Shown here in pieces: positions 36,298-50,117 of a DNA stretch of 57,879 bases. Every line of letters starts with the position of its first letter. The first letter of the stretch is position 1. The notes under the pieces were generated by a model, which was given only the letters and a program-made list of their open reading frames with translations, made no database searches and was not told the DNA's origin. The translations under genes were made by a program, and so were the position numbers. The stretch covers positions 852,007 to 909,885 of the forward strand of contig WELB01000031.1 of assembly GCA_009602725.1 (NCBI GenBank), read 5' to 3'. Origin of the DNA: Spirogloea muscicola. Taxonomy: Eukaryota.

Positions 36298-39200
36298 TGT
36301 TACAGCAAAGCACTCGCGCATAGGCGCAGCGGCAAACAGGCCTGTGGTGCCGCCGTCCGACGGCGACTTCACCTCCTGGGCGCAAGCCGGGCGGTTCCCA
36401 GGGGGCGCAGCCACGGACTCCTGCAGCAAGCCCTGCAGCAGGCTGCGGCAGCGGCTGCAGCAGTATGTTCCTAAGGCTTTGCCGAACTTGTAACTTCCCC
36501 TCCCATTACGTGACGTTTAAGCTTGGGTGAAACGCTAACGCGGTGTATCGGTGCACGGCCCAATATCATTAGAAGAAGAAGAAAGTGCTCGCCCAAAAGT
36601 TAGACCCCTGCGCCCGACTGACGCGTGCGACACATGGGCGACGCGCGACAGTGACGCGCGGCGCGCCAGAAGCTGCTCGGCGGTGCCGCGGCCAACTGGC
36701 CGCCGCGCCGCCGGAGCCGCCGCCGCATTGCTGCCGCTCTGCGGGCGCGGCCGGCGCGTCGCCGCCGCACCGACAGAGCTACCCGGCGGTGCCGCTTGAT
36801 TCGTAGTGACACGCTTGTGACGCGTGTGGCGCCGCGACGCGCCTTACGGCGCCGCGCCGCTCAGGGCGGCGCCGCGCCGCACAGGGCGGCGCCGCTTCCA
36901 GAAGGAAGNACAAGAGGCTGGCACACAGGGCCAGAGGCCTGTAGCACGAGTCCAAAGGACTAGCGCCAAGAGGCCGGGGCGCGAGTCCAAGGGACTGGCG
37001 CGCTGCACAGTGACTAGCGCCAAGGTGGTGGCGCGCCAGGCCAATAGCCTGGCTCACGGGGCCAGGGGACTGAGGCCATGAGGACACAGGACCGAGGCCA
37101 TGCGGCCATGAGGCCAAGAGATCTGGCCAATCCGGCCAGCCCGCAGGGTACTGCTGAGGGAGAGCTGGCCCACCTGGCCAGCTCGCAGGGCGCTGGCCTG
37201 AGGGAAAGCTGGCCCACCCGGCCAGCCAGCAAGGCGCTGGCCTGAGGGAGAGCTGACCCACCCGGCCAGCTCGTAGGGCGTGAGCCCGAGGCGTGCGAAT
37301 GGGGTGCGGACCCTCGAACCGTATTTAGCTACACGGAGTGCAGCCAAGTTACCCGCACCCTTTGGGACTCCAGACGGTAGAAACGCTACGCTCTTGTAAG
37401 GTTATCGCGCACCGTTAGCACACTCAAACGGAGGAAACGTTACAGGAAGCATGCGAAGCCATGTCATGCGCAAGGGCGTCGACTGCGTGATGGCGTCGAT
37501 TAGTCTAGATAACGACAAAACGTGCTGGATCAAACAAAAAACGAATCCAATGGATTTGTCGATCCCGTTTGCTAGGCTTGAAAGAAAACAGTCAATGAGA
37601 GGCCAAGATTGAGACTTGTTAATAGTCTAACAACATGGTGAGAATAAAAAGACCGTCCAAATGAGAATCTGTAGCTTCTACTATGAAAGATGATGGACTG
37701 TCTACTGAGTAGAGAGCATACTGAGTAGAGAGCATACTAACAAGCACATATGCAGGCCCTTGTCCAAAAGATGACTTGTGCAACGTCAGTGGATGCCAAC
37801 CATGATGATGCTTCTAGGCCTCAATGCACAGCATCAACTGATGCAATCTGAGAACTGGTGCTCAGTCTGGTGTGTAGCTTGCGATATGCAGCACGATACT
37901 CAAGGCTGTTCACCACAGGTTCACCACGACTTCTCGCAGTCGCGCAGTGGGTCCTTGCGAAGGCTTACTAGCTGCTGCGGCTCCTGCCCTAGGCTCCACG
38001 CTTCTGTGGCGCGGCGTTGGCACAGGCGTAACTTGCGGCAAGAAGGTCAAACTTGCAAAGCGGACTGCTTTGCAAGAGCCGCTCGCCCCGACTTGCGCCG
38101 GGCGCGGCGAAGATCCTAGCACTGCCTGATTGGCCAGGCTCGGCCGTTGGCTACGCTGGCTGGCTAAGCGGGATGGCAGGCTGTCGTGGGCCGTCCCACG
38201 TCGCAGTGGCCGACTCGACCATAAGATGGTCATCTTCAGCCGTCCTTTCCACGATCGCCCCGCCACCGCTTCTGTAACTTCCACCTTGACGGTCTTGCGA
38301 GTGATTGAGGTACCTTCAGAAAGGCTTTCCTCGTTGCGCTTTGAATGGTCATCTAAAGGTCGGCGTCGCGCGTGGGCTTTGGCCCTTGTTGTGACATCTC
38401 TGCATCTAATCACACAGTGAGGGTCATGTCCTGGTTTGAATTCGAGCATAGGGTGTTTTGGAGACAACCCTCATACAGGAGAACGCCAACGCACATACGC
38501 GCACAGAGCGCAGCGGAAGTCTCACCCTGAGGCAGCGCCATAGGGCGGTGACTCTCCCATAGACTAATGGAGAGCCGGCGGGGTCCGCACTGACGAGCTG
38601 CAGCGACGGGCTGGCAGCAGGCGGCAGCAGCAGAGCTGTGGCGGCGGCGGCGGCAGCAGGCAGCAGCAGGGCTGTGTCTCTGTCGGGCGTTGGTCGGACT
38701 GAGGGGTCCGGCCGCGGCCCACTGGTTATTGTGCTTCCCCTGCCACTCTCCCCCGTGGGTGTGACGAAGATTGTCCCCAGAGCCCTCCCCAGGAGGAACG
38801 GGCAGGACAAAGGGGACACGAAGGGCGGCGCCTTGGGCGGCTCCAAGGAGGCGCGAAGCGGCGCCTTGGGCGGCTCCAAGGAGACGCGAAGCGACGCGCG
38901 ACGCGACGCCATTGGACGGAACGAAGGGGCACTTTGGCAAAACCAATGAGATACAACGGGGTGCCTTGTGCGGCATCAAGGAGACGCGACGCGGCGCCTC
39001 AGGCGGCACGACGCGGCCTCGGACGGGGCCAAGAGGGCGCGAAGCAGCGCTTCCTGGGCGGTGCACGTGCAGTACAGAAGCCGAAGCTTCGGACCGTACT
39101 TAGCGACATACAGTGGAGCAAAGCTACCAATACCATTTGGGACGTCCAAACGGTAGATACGTTACGCTCATGTAAGGTTACCGGCCCTGTTGGCATTCTC

Positions 39201-40592
39201 AGACGGGGGGAACGTTACATACCTCCCCACTTAGTGTTTACGTCCACGGGAGATTGAAACGAACACTTCAGGTGCTCAACCCCAGGGGGACGTTACAGCT
39301 ACACACCGGGCACAGGTGGTTACGCAGGCGAAATATTGAGCACGCAATGAAGATTGCCGCCGGCAAGAAGAGCCACTCAGCATCTTGAAGACCCGGTGCG
39401 CGGATGTCGAAGGCGAAAGGGTCGCACACTTGCCAATTTGCCGATGACGGCTCCATATACACACTGGAGGATTTCCACGCTTACAGAGAAAATTAGGCCA
39501 GCATTCGGGAGGATCCTTGCACTGTCAGCAGTAAAACACAACCTTTCACGTGACTGGCTAAATGCAAGAACTCTTCTGATACCAATGTAACGTCCCCGTT
39601 CCATATCACACGTTGAACGTCCTGTTTGGGTTTCGGACATAGGGTGTTTTGGAGACAACCCCCTTACAGAGTGGAATGCCAGCGCACACAGCGCACACCT
39701 ACGCGCACACAGTGCAGCGGGTGTCTTACCCTTAGGCACCGCCGGAAGGCGGCGACTCGACCGAGGATCAGCAGCTGTCCCCGCAAGGGGCGCGGCTATG
39801 GTACTTACAGAGAGCCTGCGAGGCCCGCAGCGATGACCTGCGGCGACGAGCTGGGGGAGCAGGCGGCAGCAGCAGAACTGTGGCGGAGACTCCAGCAGCA
39901 GGTAGCAGCAGCAGAGCTGTGGCGGCGGCTGCGATGGCAGGCAGCAGCAGGGCTGTGCCTCTCTTGGCGTCACGGGTCCGACTGAGAAGTCGGGCCTTTG
40001 CCTCCTACTGATAAGCGTTCCATCATCCCTTCCCCCGAGGGTGTGACGAGGGTTGCTCCCAAGGTCCTCCCCCGGAGGGGCGGGCCTGACCATTGGGGAC
40101 ACGAAGCGCCGCCCTTCGGGCGGTGTAAGGAGACACGAAGCGGCGCCCATTGGGCGGCACCAAGGAGACGCGACGCGGCGCCTTGGGCAGCGCGACGTGG
40201 CGCCTCGGGCGGCTCCAAGGAGGCGCGAAGCGGCGCCCCTGGACGGAGCACGTGCAGTATGAAGCCCGGGGCCTCGGACCGTGCTTAGCTACAAATAGTG
40301 GAGCCAAGCTAACGGTACCGTTCGGGACTTCCAAACGGTAGATACGAGACGATCATGTAACTTACCGGCACCGTTGGCACTCTCAACCGGAGGGAAGGTC
40401 ATGTTACAGCAAAGCACTCGCGCATAGGCGCAGCGGCAAACAGGCCTGTGGTGCCGCCGTCCGACGGCGACTTCACCTCCTGGGCGCAAGCCGGGCGGTT
40501 CCCAGGGGGCGCAGCCACGGACTCCTGCAGCAAGCCCTGCAGCAGGCTGCGGCAGCGGCTGCAGCAGTATGTTCCTAAGGCTTTGCCGAACT

Positions 40593-41527
40593 TGTAACTT
40601 CCCCTCCCATTACGTGACGTTTAAGCTTGGGTGAAACGCTAACGCGGTGTATCGGTGCACGGCCCAATATCATTAGAAGAAGAAGAAAGTGCTCGCCCAA
40701 AAGTTAGACCCCTGCGCCCGACTGACGCGTGCGACACATGGGCGACGCGCGACAGTGACGCGCGGCGCGCCAGAAGCTGCTCGGCGGTGCCGCGGCCAAC
40801 TGGCCGCCGCGCCGCCGGAGCCGCCGCCGCATTGCTGCCGCTCTGCGGGCGCGGCCGGCGCGTCGCCGCCGCACCGACAGAGCTACCCGGCGGTGCCGCT
40901 TGATTCGTAGTGACACGCTTGTGACGCGTGTGGCGCCGCGACGCGCCTTACGGCGCCGCGCCGCTCAGGGCGGCGCCGCGCCGCACAGGGCGGCGCCGCT
41001 TCCAGAAGGAAGCCGTGTGGCCTGGCTCTTGCGAGCCACCTGCCCTCACAATCGTATTCCCCCTGTCGGGCCCGCCTTCTCGAAGGAGGTCCTTAGGCGA
41101 GCCTCCCCGAGACCCCCAGGGAGGGTGGCACATGAAGCACTATAAGTAGGGCTGAGACCAGACTCGGGGCACCCGGTCCAAGTCAGCAAAGCCCACGCGA
41201 GAGAGAGGCACGCAGTCCTGCTGCCGCCTGCTGCCGCAGCTCGTCGACGCGCCCCTGCTGCTGCCTGCTGCTGCAGCCTGACGCCGCAACCCGTCTCTCC
41301 GGATCTATTACGGCTCTCCTGAAGGCAGACAGTGGCTGCTCCCTTCGGGGACAATTGCTGGCTTGTAGTGGTGAGTCACCGCTTGTTGGCGGCACCTCAG
41401 GGCAAGGATTCCGCTGCGTGTAAGTGTAGTGCTTAACTATGCTGGGGTTCGTCTCAAAACGCCAGCAACCGAATACAATCAGGACGTCCTCACCCCTAGG
41501 TGTGTGTGTAGGGATCAAAACGTCACA
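40593..41527 (+). mobile_element. Family F solo LTR inserted in an A-related LTR
   Basis: TGTAAC...GTCACA termini; perfect TSD GAACT (40588-40592 and 41528-41532); TATAAGTA at 41141. Confidence 0.85.
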
Positions 41528-42041
41528 GAACTAATATCAGGTCTTAGCCCAAGGCCCCCGTGCCACTCCCCCTCCTGGGATGTGAGCGGGTCGCCCCAAG
41601 GCCTGCCTTGCTGCGGGCCAAAGGTCCCCCCTTGGCAGGGTGGAACCTGGCGAGATTTTTTCCAGGACGGGCGGGACTTTCCCGCACCTGGGCGGGCCCA
41701 CTTGCCCGGCAAGCAGCCCGCCCGCCACATGGACGGCCCACGTGTCCGACAAGCGGCTAGCGGCCATGTAACACTAACAGCACGTATGGCATCAATAGAC
41801 GGCGTGATCGTTACACGTATGGCCGGGCTCGCAGTCCGTCGGGCCATGTAGGGGTATCCGGGATGGAAAAGGGGTGAATTTTTCGCCCTCCCTCAGACCC
41901 CTAGACCATTTGCTTATGCAGTAACCGTTGCTAAGTATACCGTTGCAGCTCCATCCCAATGCCTTCCACGCTACTTCTCCGCTCCGCTGACAGCCGGGCT
42001 TGGCGATCCACACAGCCTTCGTTACCTGCATGAGGGTTACA
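41528..42041 (-). mobile_element. Remainder of the A-related LTR (to 41815) followed by the 5' part of a family C LTR
   Basis: A-type terminus GATCGTTACA at 41815. The reverse complement of 41816-42041 matches 20776-20980. Confidence 0.65.
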
Positions 42042-43042
42042 CGACAGACTTTGTCGCAAGATAATTATTTACTACAGACGCGCTTTTGTCGCTACCAGGT
42101 TCTGTCAAGGCCACGTGAAGACTCAAAGAGCGGGGTCTGGACGCGCTGAGCGCTCCCTGGAGCACTGGATTTCTGGGGCCATATGTGAACTCGCTGAGAG
42201 CCATCTGAATTCATGTGCGAATACACCGGGGCTCACCTGGCACATGCAGGTCACCCAAACACGGAACAATCAAACTGGTGTGCCAGCATAAAACGTACAG
42301 CGCGCTTCGAGGCTGACGGCCTCATAGCTCGGGTTGATAAAAATTTTTGCCAGGTCAGCTCGGCTTAGATCACTTCGCAATAGTCATAAAAGTGTCAAAG
42401 TACTGCTTTATTCCTCTTGGGGTCAACACGGCTTTAGTTGCTCTAGTCGTTCCTTTCATTGCTTCGTGATGTCAGGATATCCAAATCGTCAAGCCCGGTG
42501 CGATGAGCGGCGCAGCTTAGGCAAGAATGCGACAATAGATTCGTGCGACAATTTGAAAATGTCGAGCAAGACTGAGCCGAACGACACAATACCAACAATT
42601 GTCATAGGGCCCAAAAGGAGGTTGAGGGTATGCCCATGCTATTAGACCAGCTCTTAATTTCGTGCTGCTATTGATTCAATTCTTCCTGAGCCTGCAGCCT
42701 CGCCAGCCTCGGCCTCTATTAGCAGGCTGGGTGCGGACTGCGCAAGCCAACAAGTCCAAGGCGGTGCTCCAGGTCAACAAGTGCCTGTCCGGCTCGTATG
42801 TGTTCAGTTGTGGTTACTGGGTACTTCTGCAGCCGTGCATTCGCCCTGCTTCGGAAGCCCCCCCTAGACTGACAATTTCCTGTGTGTATCGTCAGTCATT
42901 GTGCAAACCGTAGCCTATATATCATAAGGCCTGGGCTTAGATCGGCATCCTTTCCAATTGATACAATACCACTGTGCACCTTAAGACGTTTGCATAAGCT
43001 TCTCTGAACTTGTCGCTTTTCGTATCGCCTTGACAGGCTGTT

Positions 43043-43640
43043 GACAAGGCTTCATTGAATGGTATTTGTCACAGTGACAACGGACTCCTTCGACCGTCCC
43101 CACTCCACGCTATCTGCCTCCGAGGCTGGGCATGCGGTGGCCTACGCACCCGTGCCAAGATGTGAAGTATGTGGACCACCCGCGGTAGGACGACTTCTTC
43201 CCGCTCGCCGTGGATGTTCACGTGGCGTTTGGCGCTCGGTTGCTCGAGCTTCTCCACCAGGTCTTGCGCTGCGCTGTATCCCACCGGTACCACGGGGAGC
43301 GGGCGGATAGCAACGCAACAGCTATCTCGCGCAGGTGTATCGCATGCGCCTATCAATTTTGCTGCAGAGGTCGATGGCACACGCACTGCGTGCCGGTCGC
43401 GCAGTGGCTGCAGCCTCTGGCTCTTGCCAAATGACCCGCTACCCATAGACTAGATTTTCCAACCTGCGGCTTCTCAACAGGAATCACTGAATATCGTAGC
43501 AGCCTGATTTCCTGTGTGCTTAGCGGTATCTCTGCCCCTTCAAAGTTTGTTCATTCGTTTGTCTGTACTGGCCTCTCACAGCACCGCCCTCTTCTGGAAG
43601 CGTCCTCGTCCTTTCTCCTATCAGCAAAGCAACTTGTTTC
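43043..43640 (+). pseudogene. Degenerate CRE-like LINE 3' fragment
   Basis: Peptides VTVTTDSFDRPH, GHAVA and DFFPLAVDVHVAFGARLLELL. Confidence 0.7.
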
Positions 43641-45262
43641 TGCCGGGTTTTTGCCAAATTTTTACTTATGTTTTGTTTCTGCTTTTCGTGCTCCGCTTCG
43701 TGAGAGGTGGAGACGCCGCCTGACGGCGGCGCCACAGGCCGACATTTCCGCTGCGCGCTGAGGCGCAAGCTGCTTCGCGGTGTGGGAATTGCTCCTGAAT
43801 TCCTACATCCGAATCCAATCAGGACTTGACCGCCTGTGTCCAGGGGTCGGGTCACTACAGAAGTCTTCAGGCAACCATCACACTCTGGCGAACTTTTGCA
43901 CGTCCTGAGATCTCCATCATCGACCTTGCTGGATACTATGCCAGTATCCTAGAGTTGCGGCGCCAGAAGCAACATTCTCTAGGCTATTCGAATAAGACCA
44001 GATCTTACTACAGGCCCTGTTTAAATGCTTCGCAACGGCCTGATAAGAAGGCAATTCGGTCGCGTTAGGACAGAGTTGAATACTTGAACAAAAGAAGCGC
44101 GATGTTGTCTCGGTGGTGTCAGACATGTTACTATTACAGCATGACCCAAGATGAGCATCTTCACGAAAGTATGACTTTGTAGGATATGGCAAAAGCTTAT
44201 GGCCGCACCACCAGCCATGATTCGTGGAATCAACCAACCGTCTGGTTAAGCGACATGGCTCTGTTGGCATTACATGACCGACTATTTTGGCCAGGTGACC
44301 CGCCAGCTGGCGGGCTGGCTGGCCGGGCAAGTGGCCCGTCCAGAGGCGGGCCCCGCCCGTCCTAAAATACCCCTCGCCAGGATCCACCCATTCAAGGGAG
44401 GATCTTTGGCCTGCCGCAAGGCGGGCCATGGGGCGACCCGCTCACACCCCTGGAGGGGAGGTGGTACGGGGAAGCACAAGGAGCCTTGGGGGCTGAGGCT
44501 CGAGAAGGAGTCCGAATCAGGAAAGCCCAGGAGCAGCCTTGCCGCTGCTCGCCGCCGCAGGCGCCGCTGCAATCCGCTGCAGGGCCTGCTGCGCCGACCT
44601 GCGCCCAGGACGTGCATTCGCCGCCGGATGGCGGCGCCACAGGGCCTGTCTTCCGCTGCGCTATGCGCGAGTGCTTTCCTGTGTAGTGGGTTGGCTCCCA
44701 AACCCTTTACAGCCGAATCCAACAAGGACTGCTCTCTCAAACTGCGTATTTGGGGCGAGGCTCCTTATAATTTGTTATTAGAGGCGGTCTTGCATCCATC
44801 GCGCTTGTAACTTCTCATACTCGCCGTTGATGATGCAAAGATCACCCTGATATGCTGGCCTAACCTGTTTCTGTTGAAATTAAAGTGCTTGCCAGACGTT
44901 GATCCGTGGGCGGCTCAGCGGAAGCGCCGGGTACGGAGTCATCCTTGCGCCGTGAGCCAGCGACCGACGCGAGATTGCAGACTGATCCTTGACCACTTGC
45001 TGCGTTCGCTCTTCTTGAGGTTTGGCTTGACCCTGCAGCCTTTGTGTGGTAAGGTCAGCCGTGTGGCCAGCATCGATCGTGTGCATCGGTTTTTGTCACA
45101 ACTGCGGCTGTCTGCCTGCCTGCTGATTGAGGTGAGGTTGCGGACTGCCTTGCTTGCTCGCTCGCTGGTGCACCAGTCTTGCGATGTCCTGTATTGTAGT
45201 ATAGAGTGTGTAATTTGCTGACTGTCGGTGCTGAATTGATCCCTCAGTGTCCTTTAGACAGC

Positions 45263-48200
45263 ATGGTCTCGCACATGTCCAGTGCGCGGCTAAGGGAGGC
45301 AGAGCCGTGGATACAGCGGCTGCGGAAGAGCCAGATGCTGCGGATGCAGTGGCTGCTGCGGGGCAAGCCCTTGAGGGGCCCGCCGAGCTGGGAGCCAAAG
45401 GCCACGACGGCTTGTCGGAGGTGCAACGGATGGCCCTCCTCTTGCAGGATCTGACAGCAGCCCAGCCTACGACGGACCCAGCTCAACACCGGCTCTCTGC
45501 GAGGATTTGCGCGGAGCAGCGCGCCCTCGTTGGCCGGCAGCGTGCCATGGAGCGGCATATGCAAGAGGTGGATGCCTCGTTGCACATTATGCGCAAGAGC
45601 GGTGGTGACCCTGAGCATGGACTTGCCAGGGCCCATGCACCCAGGCAGTTCTCCAGTCGCGATGTCTGGGGAGGGTTTCAGCCATGGCTTGATGAGATGG
45701 ATGAGTGGTTCGTGTGTTCGCTCACGGACGCGCGGGCACGCGTGCGCCTCGCTTCTATCTATCTCACAGGGGAGTCCCGGCAAAAGGTGGAACACCCTGA
45801 GGAGGACTCGAAGCCTGCGGAGAACAATGGCTGGGACTTCTTTTGCAGCTCGCTCTTGTCCACCCCATGGTGACCCCACGAGGAGCTGCGCACCCCCGAT
45901 GAGCTCGAGGACGCTCTCCGCATGCAGGGCAAAGGGAGCGAGGGCTTTGAGTCCTACGTGCGGCGTTTCCGTCTGCTGCTGTCGTAACTACGCAGCGAGA
46001 CTATGAAGCCCATTGACCAATGCCAGCGGTTTAAGGCTGGACTGCCTAATCGCTTTTGCAATTGGGTTGCGGTGGGTTCCGCGACGGCGAAGCAGGTCAC
46101 GGACTTTACCAAGATGGTGGAGCACGCCCGCAAGGTGCTCGGCACGCCGGACATTGCCGGTCCAAGCGAGCGTCACCTGCTGGATGCAAGCGATTCTGAT
46201 GCAGACCGCGGCACGAAGCGGCTCAAACCACGCCAGGGCTTGTACGCGCGTCCTTCAGGCGGCTTCCCCAAGCCGCGCATGGAGGGCGCTGGCTGCTTCA
46301 AGTGCAGTGACAAGGGCCACCTGCAAAGGGACTACCCGGCGGCATTCTCAAGGCCACGTCCACAGCGCCCGATGGACCGGGACAAGGGCAGCTTCAAAAG
46401 GAAACGTGAGTGCCTGACCCTTGCCTCTGCGAGCCATCTCATTCAGCCAGACGCAGTTGCGCTGTTTGATCTTGCTGGCACTGCTTGCCCGCCGACCAAC
46501 ATACGGGTTGTGCGCTCCATTTCTGATTTGTTGCAAGGTCTGGAGGCCGGAGGGCCTCTATTTGTGTGGGTTGCCCACAATGACTTGAAAATGGCTGCTG
46601 AAGTATATCTGAGCTGGCCTGAGAGCCGTCGGGCTGAAGACAAGCTGTTCTTCATTGTGCCGCAGAACCGCGGCGTGGCTGATCGAGCTCCGCTGGGGAT
46701 GCCGCTGTTGTGCTCGCACGAGGCGGGACACAGGCTCCTTAGCCGTAGCGTCGATGCCTCTCACCGTAGGTCTTACCCGACCGCGGTCAGCGTCTATTTC
46801 GCTCCCACATCATTCCTTGGTAGCGGTGTCCATGGGGGACACAATATGCTGTTTGAGGGGCTGGTTGCTCAGGCACCAGCTAGGATCCTCATAGAGTCAG
46901 GGGCCTCATAGACTCAGGCGCTCACCCGCCTTACCGTCCCTTATACCGGCTAAGCCCTCTCAAATTGTTTGAGGGGCTGGTTGCTTAGGCACCAGCTAGG
47001 ATCCTCATAGATTTAGGGGCCCCATAGACTCAGGCGCTCACCCGCCTTACCGTCCCTTGTACCGACTAAGCCCTCTCAAATTTCAAGAAATGCAATCCCA
47101 GGTCGAGGACCTGCTGGCGAAGGGCTACATTGAGCCCTCTCAGTCGCCATACGGAGCACCCATCCTCTTTGTCAAAAAGAAGGATGGCACTCTACGGATG
47201 TGCATTGATTACCGGGCTTCTAGTGAGCTTACTATCAAGAACAGATACCCATTGCCTCGGAAAGATGATCTGCTCGATTGGCTTGCAGGGGCTACTGTGT
47301 TTAGCTCCCTGGACCTGGCAAGTGGGTGTCACCACACTCGAATCACACCTGCCGATGTTCCGAAGTCGGCATTGCGTATGCCGCTTGGACATTTTCAATT
47401 CAAGGTGCTGAGCTTTGGTTTGACCAATGCGCCGGCTACATTCCAGGCGGTGATGTCGAGGGACTTTGGCCCCCTGCTCTACCATTTTGTGCTGGTTTAC
47501 TTGGACCATATCCTAACATTCAGCAAAACACTTGAGTAACACGTGAGACACCTGCGCCAAGTGCTGCAGTTGCTGCGTGAATGTAGATTGTATGCCAAGC
47601 GGTCCAAATGCAATTCCAACCAGCCAGAGCTGACATACCATGGGCATGTCGTTGCAAAGACGGCTTACGTGTCGACCCCAAGAATACTTCGGTCGTTGCA
47701 AAGACGGCTGACGTGTCGACCCCAAGAAGACTTCGGTCGTACGGAATTGGCCTGTGCCTGCATTGCGCTCCTTTCTAGATTTCGCAAAGATTTCCGCAAG
47801 TTCCTACAAGGCTGTGGGAACTTGGCACTTCCTCTTACGTAGCTGACTCGTAAGGACGTACCTTGGCATTGGTCGTCCGAATGCCAGAGTGCATTTGAGG
47901 GAATCCAGCAGGCGCTGGCATCTCCGCCTGTGCTGGCCTTTCCTCGTGAAGGCGTGCCATATGAACTCGTCTGCGATGCCTCTTTGACCGGCATTGGTGC
48001 CGTGATCTTTCAAGAGGGTCACCCGTTAGCGTTCGAGAGTCGGCTGCTGATACCTGCAGATCAGGAATTGCTGGCTGTGGTGCACGCCTTACGCGTATGG
48101 CGTTGCTACCTGGAAGATGTGGCATTTGCGGTTGTCACGAATCATTGCCCAATTACATATTTCCACACGCAGCGGCATTTGACCAGGCGTCAAGCTCGAT

Positions 48201-49790
48201 GGGCAGAGTGTATTGCACAATCCGATTTCCAGTGCGTTTATCGCCCTGGACGGCTTACTGTTGCCGACCCTGTGAGCCGCAACATTCGCGGCGCTGGTGC
48301 GTTGGCTACCTTGAATGCTTCTGGAGTGCGGGCTGCAGGACTGCGTCCGACTCGTCAAGCTGCTCAGCCACCCACGGCTGACCTCTCTGAGCTCTACGTC
48401 CGTATCCGTCAAGGGTATAGCACAGACCCGTCCTTTGCTGTGGCCGCCAACGTGAGCACCCTCACTGATGACAAATGCTTTTTGGTGGCAAGCCGACACT
48501 ATTGTGGTCCCGGACTACAATGCCTTGCGCACTAACATAATGCAGGAGCTGCATGATACGCCTTACAGTGGTCATCTGGGAGTGAGCAAGACCATCAAGG
48601 CTGTGCGATGCCTAATTTGGTGGAAGGGTTTTGCAACCCAGGTGCGCGCTTTTGTGGCAAGTTGTGCCACATGCCAGCGTAGTGAGGCAGTCTCTGGCAA
48701 GCCTGCCGAATTACTTCAGCCCTTGCAGATTCCGGAGCGGAATTGGTCTGACGTGTGTGTGGATTTCATCACAGATTTGCCTAAGAGGCGGAACCGCTGT
48801 GATGCCATTGTCGTCTTTGTGGATCGCCTGAGTAAGATGGTGCATTTTGCTCCCACTACTACGCAGACCTCAGCGAATGATTGCGCTGGCATCCACCTTA
48901 TCCACAACTTTGTGGATGAGGTGTGGAAAGCTGCATGGGGTACCTGAGAGGATGGTCTCGGATCGAGTTCCTCGCATAACAGGTCACTTCTGGAAGGAGG
49001 TCTGCAAGCTTATTGGCACGAAGCAGTCCATGTTCCACAGCCTTTCATCCCCGAACGGATGGCCAGACTGAGCGCATGAATCGACTTATTGACGACATGC
49101 TGAGTAACTTTGTCACTCCCAGCCAGACTGACTGGGACGAGCTGAATACGCTGTAAACAATGCCTATCATGCGTCCAAATATGAGACTCCGTTTTTCCTC
49201 AACTATGGTCAGCATCCCCGAGCTCCACTTCCGGTGGGGAGGCCGGAACGAGTTCCCGACACGGTAGCCCTTTACTGGGACCCTCTTGGAGTCTCAGAGA
49301 CGAGCTCGGCAAACCTCAGAGTCGCCAGAAGGCTTCTACTGACAAACATCGGAAGGACGTGTCCTTCGATGTTAGTGCGCAAGTGCTGCTTAGCACGAAG
49401 CACTTGTCCTGGCGGGCTGTGGGTACGCGCAAGTTGCTGCCCAAGTGGGTTGGACCATTTGCAGTAGTACGCCATGTGGGCAAGGCGTTCTACGAGCTGA
49501 AGACACCGGTGTATTGGAAGGTCCATAACGTCTTCCATGTGTCTCAGCTGAGGGCCTTCCTTTCGAATGGTCGTGTCCAACCGGCCCCACCTCCACTAGT
49601 CATCGAGGATGATCTTGAGTTTGAGGTGGAAGAGATCTTGTCTCACAGGGATAAGCCTCGAGGGCGTAAGACCCGTGAGTATCTGGTGATGTGGATCGGG
49701 TATGGGCCTGAGCACAACACGTAGGAGTCTGCGGCCAATTTGGCAAAATCGTCCAGATACCTTCAGGGAATACCTGGCCAAGGTTGGTGA
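45263..49790 (+). pseudogene. gag-pol pseudogene of element 3
   Basis: Zinc knuckle CFKCSDKGHLQRD; LIESGAS; RT PYGAPILFVKKKDGTLRMCIDYR and VYLDHIL; RNase H VCDASLTGIGAVIFQ; integrase HDTPYSGHLG, CATCQR, VDFITDLP and WVGPF; chromodomain FEVEEIL..EYLVMWIGYGPEHNT. Contains stops and frameshifts. Confidence 0.92.
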
Positions 49791-50117
49791 TTCTCCTAGG
49801 CTTGGTAGAGGCAGAAGCCGCCAGGCGTCTATATCCCTGTCAGCTGTTCTCTCTTGGTTCCCAAAGGACGTGAACACCAGAGTTGGGAGGTATGTAATGA
49901 ACCAGCCGTCAGGTTTAAGCCACACGGCTCTGTTGGCATTATATGACCGACTATTTGGGCCAGGTGACCCGCCAGCTGGCGGGCTGGCTGACCGGGCAAG
50001 TGGCCCGCCCAGAGGCGGGCCCCGCCCGTCCTAACGTACCCCTCGGCAGGATCCACCCGTTCAAGGGAGGATCTTTGGCCTGCCGCAGGGCGGGCCATGC
50101 GGCGATTTGGTTCACAC

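Larger units (their letters stand above)
32806..41012. repeat. 4103-bp direct duplication (32806-36908 = 36910-41012) separated by one N
   Basis: ORF translations are identical at a constant offset of 4104, and a single N sits at the junction (36909). Confidence 0.95.

Noticed and set aside
32806..41012. Recent biological tandem duplication of 4.1 kb
   Set aside because: The copies appear identical and are separated by exactly one N, typical of overlapping contig ends left unmerged. Read depth would settle it.
41767..42041. Independent 275-bp TGTAAC..GTTACA mini-element
   Set aside because: 41767-41815 is the end of an A-related LTR and the rest is family C; the flanks GGCCA and CGACA are not a convincing TSD.
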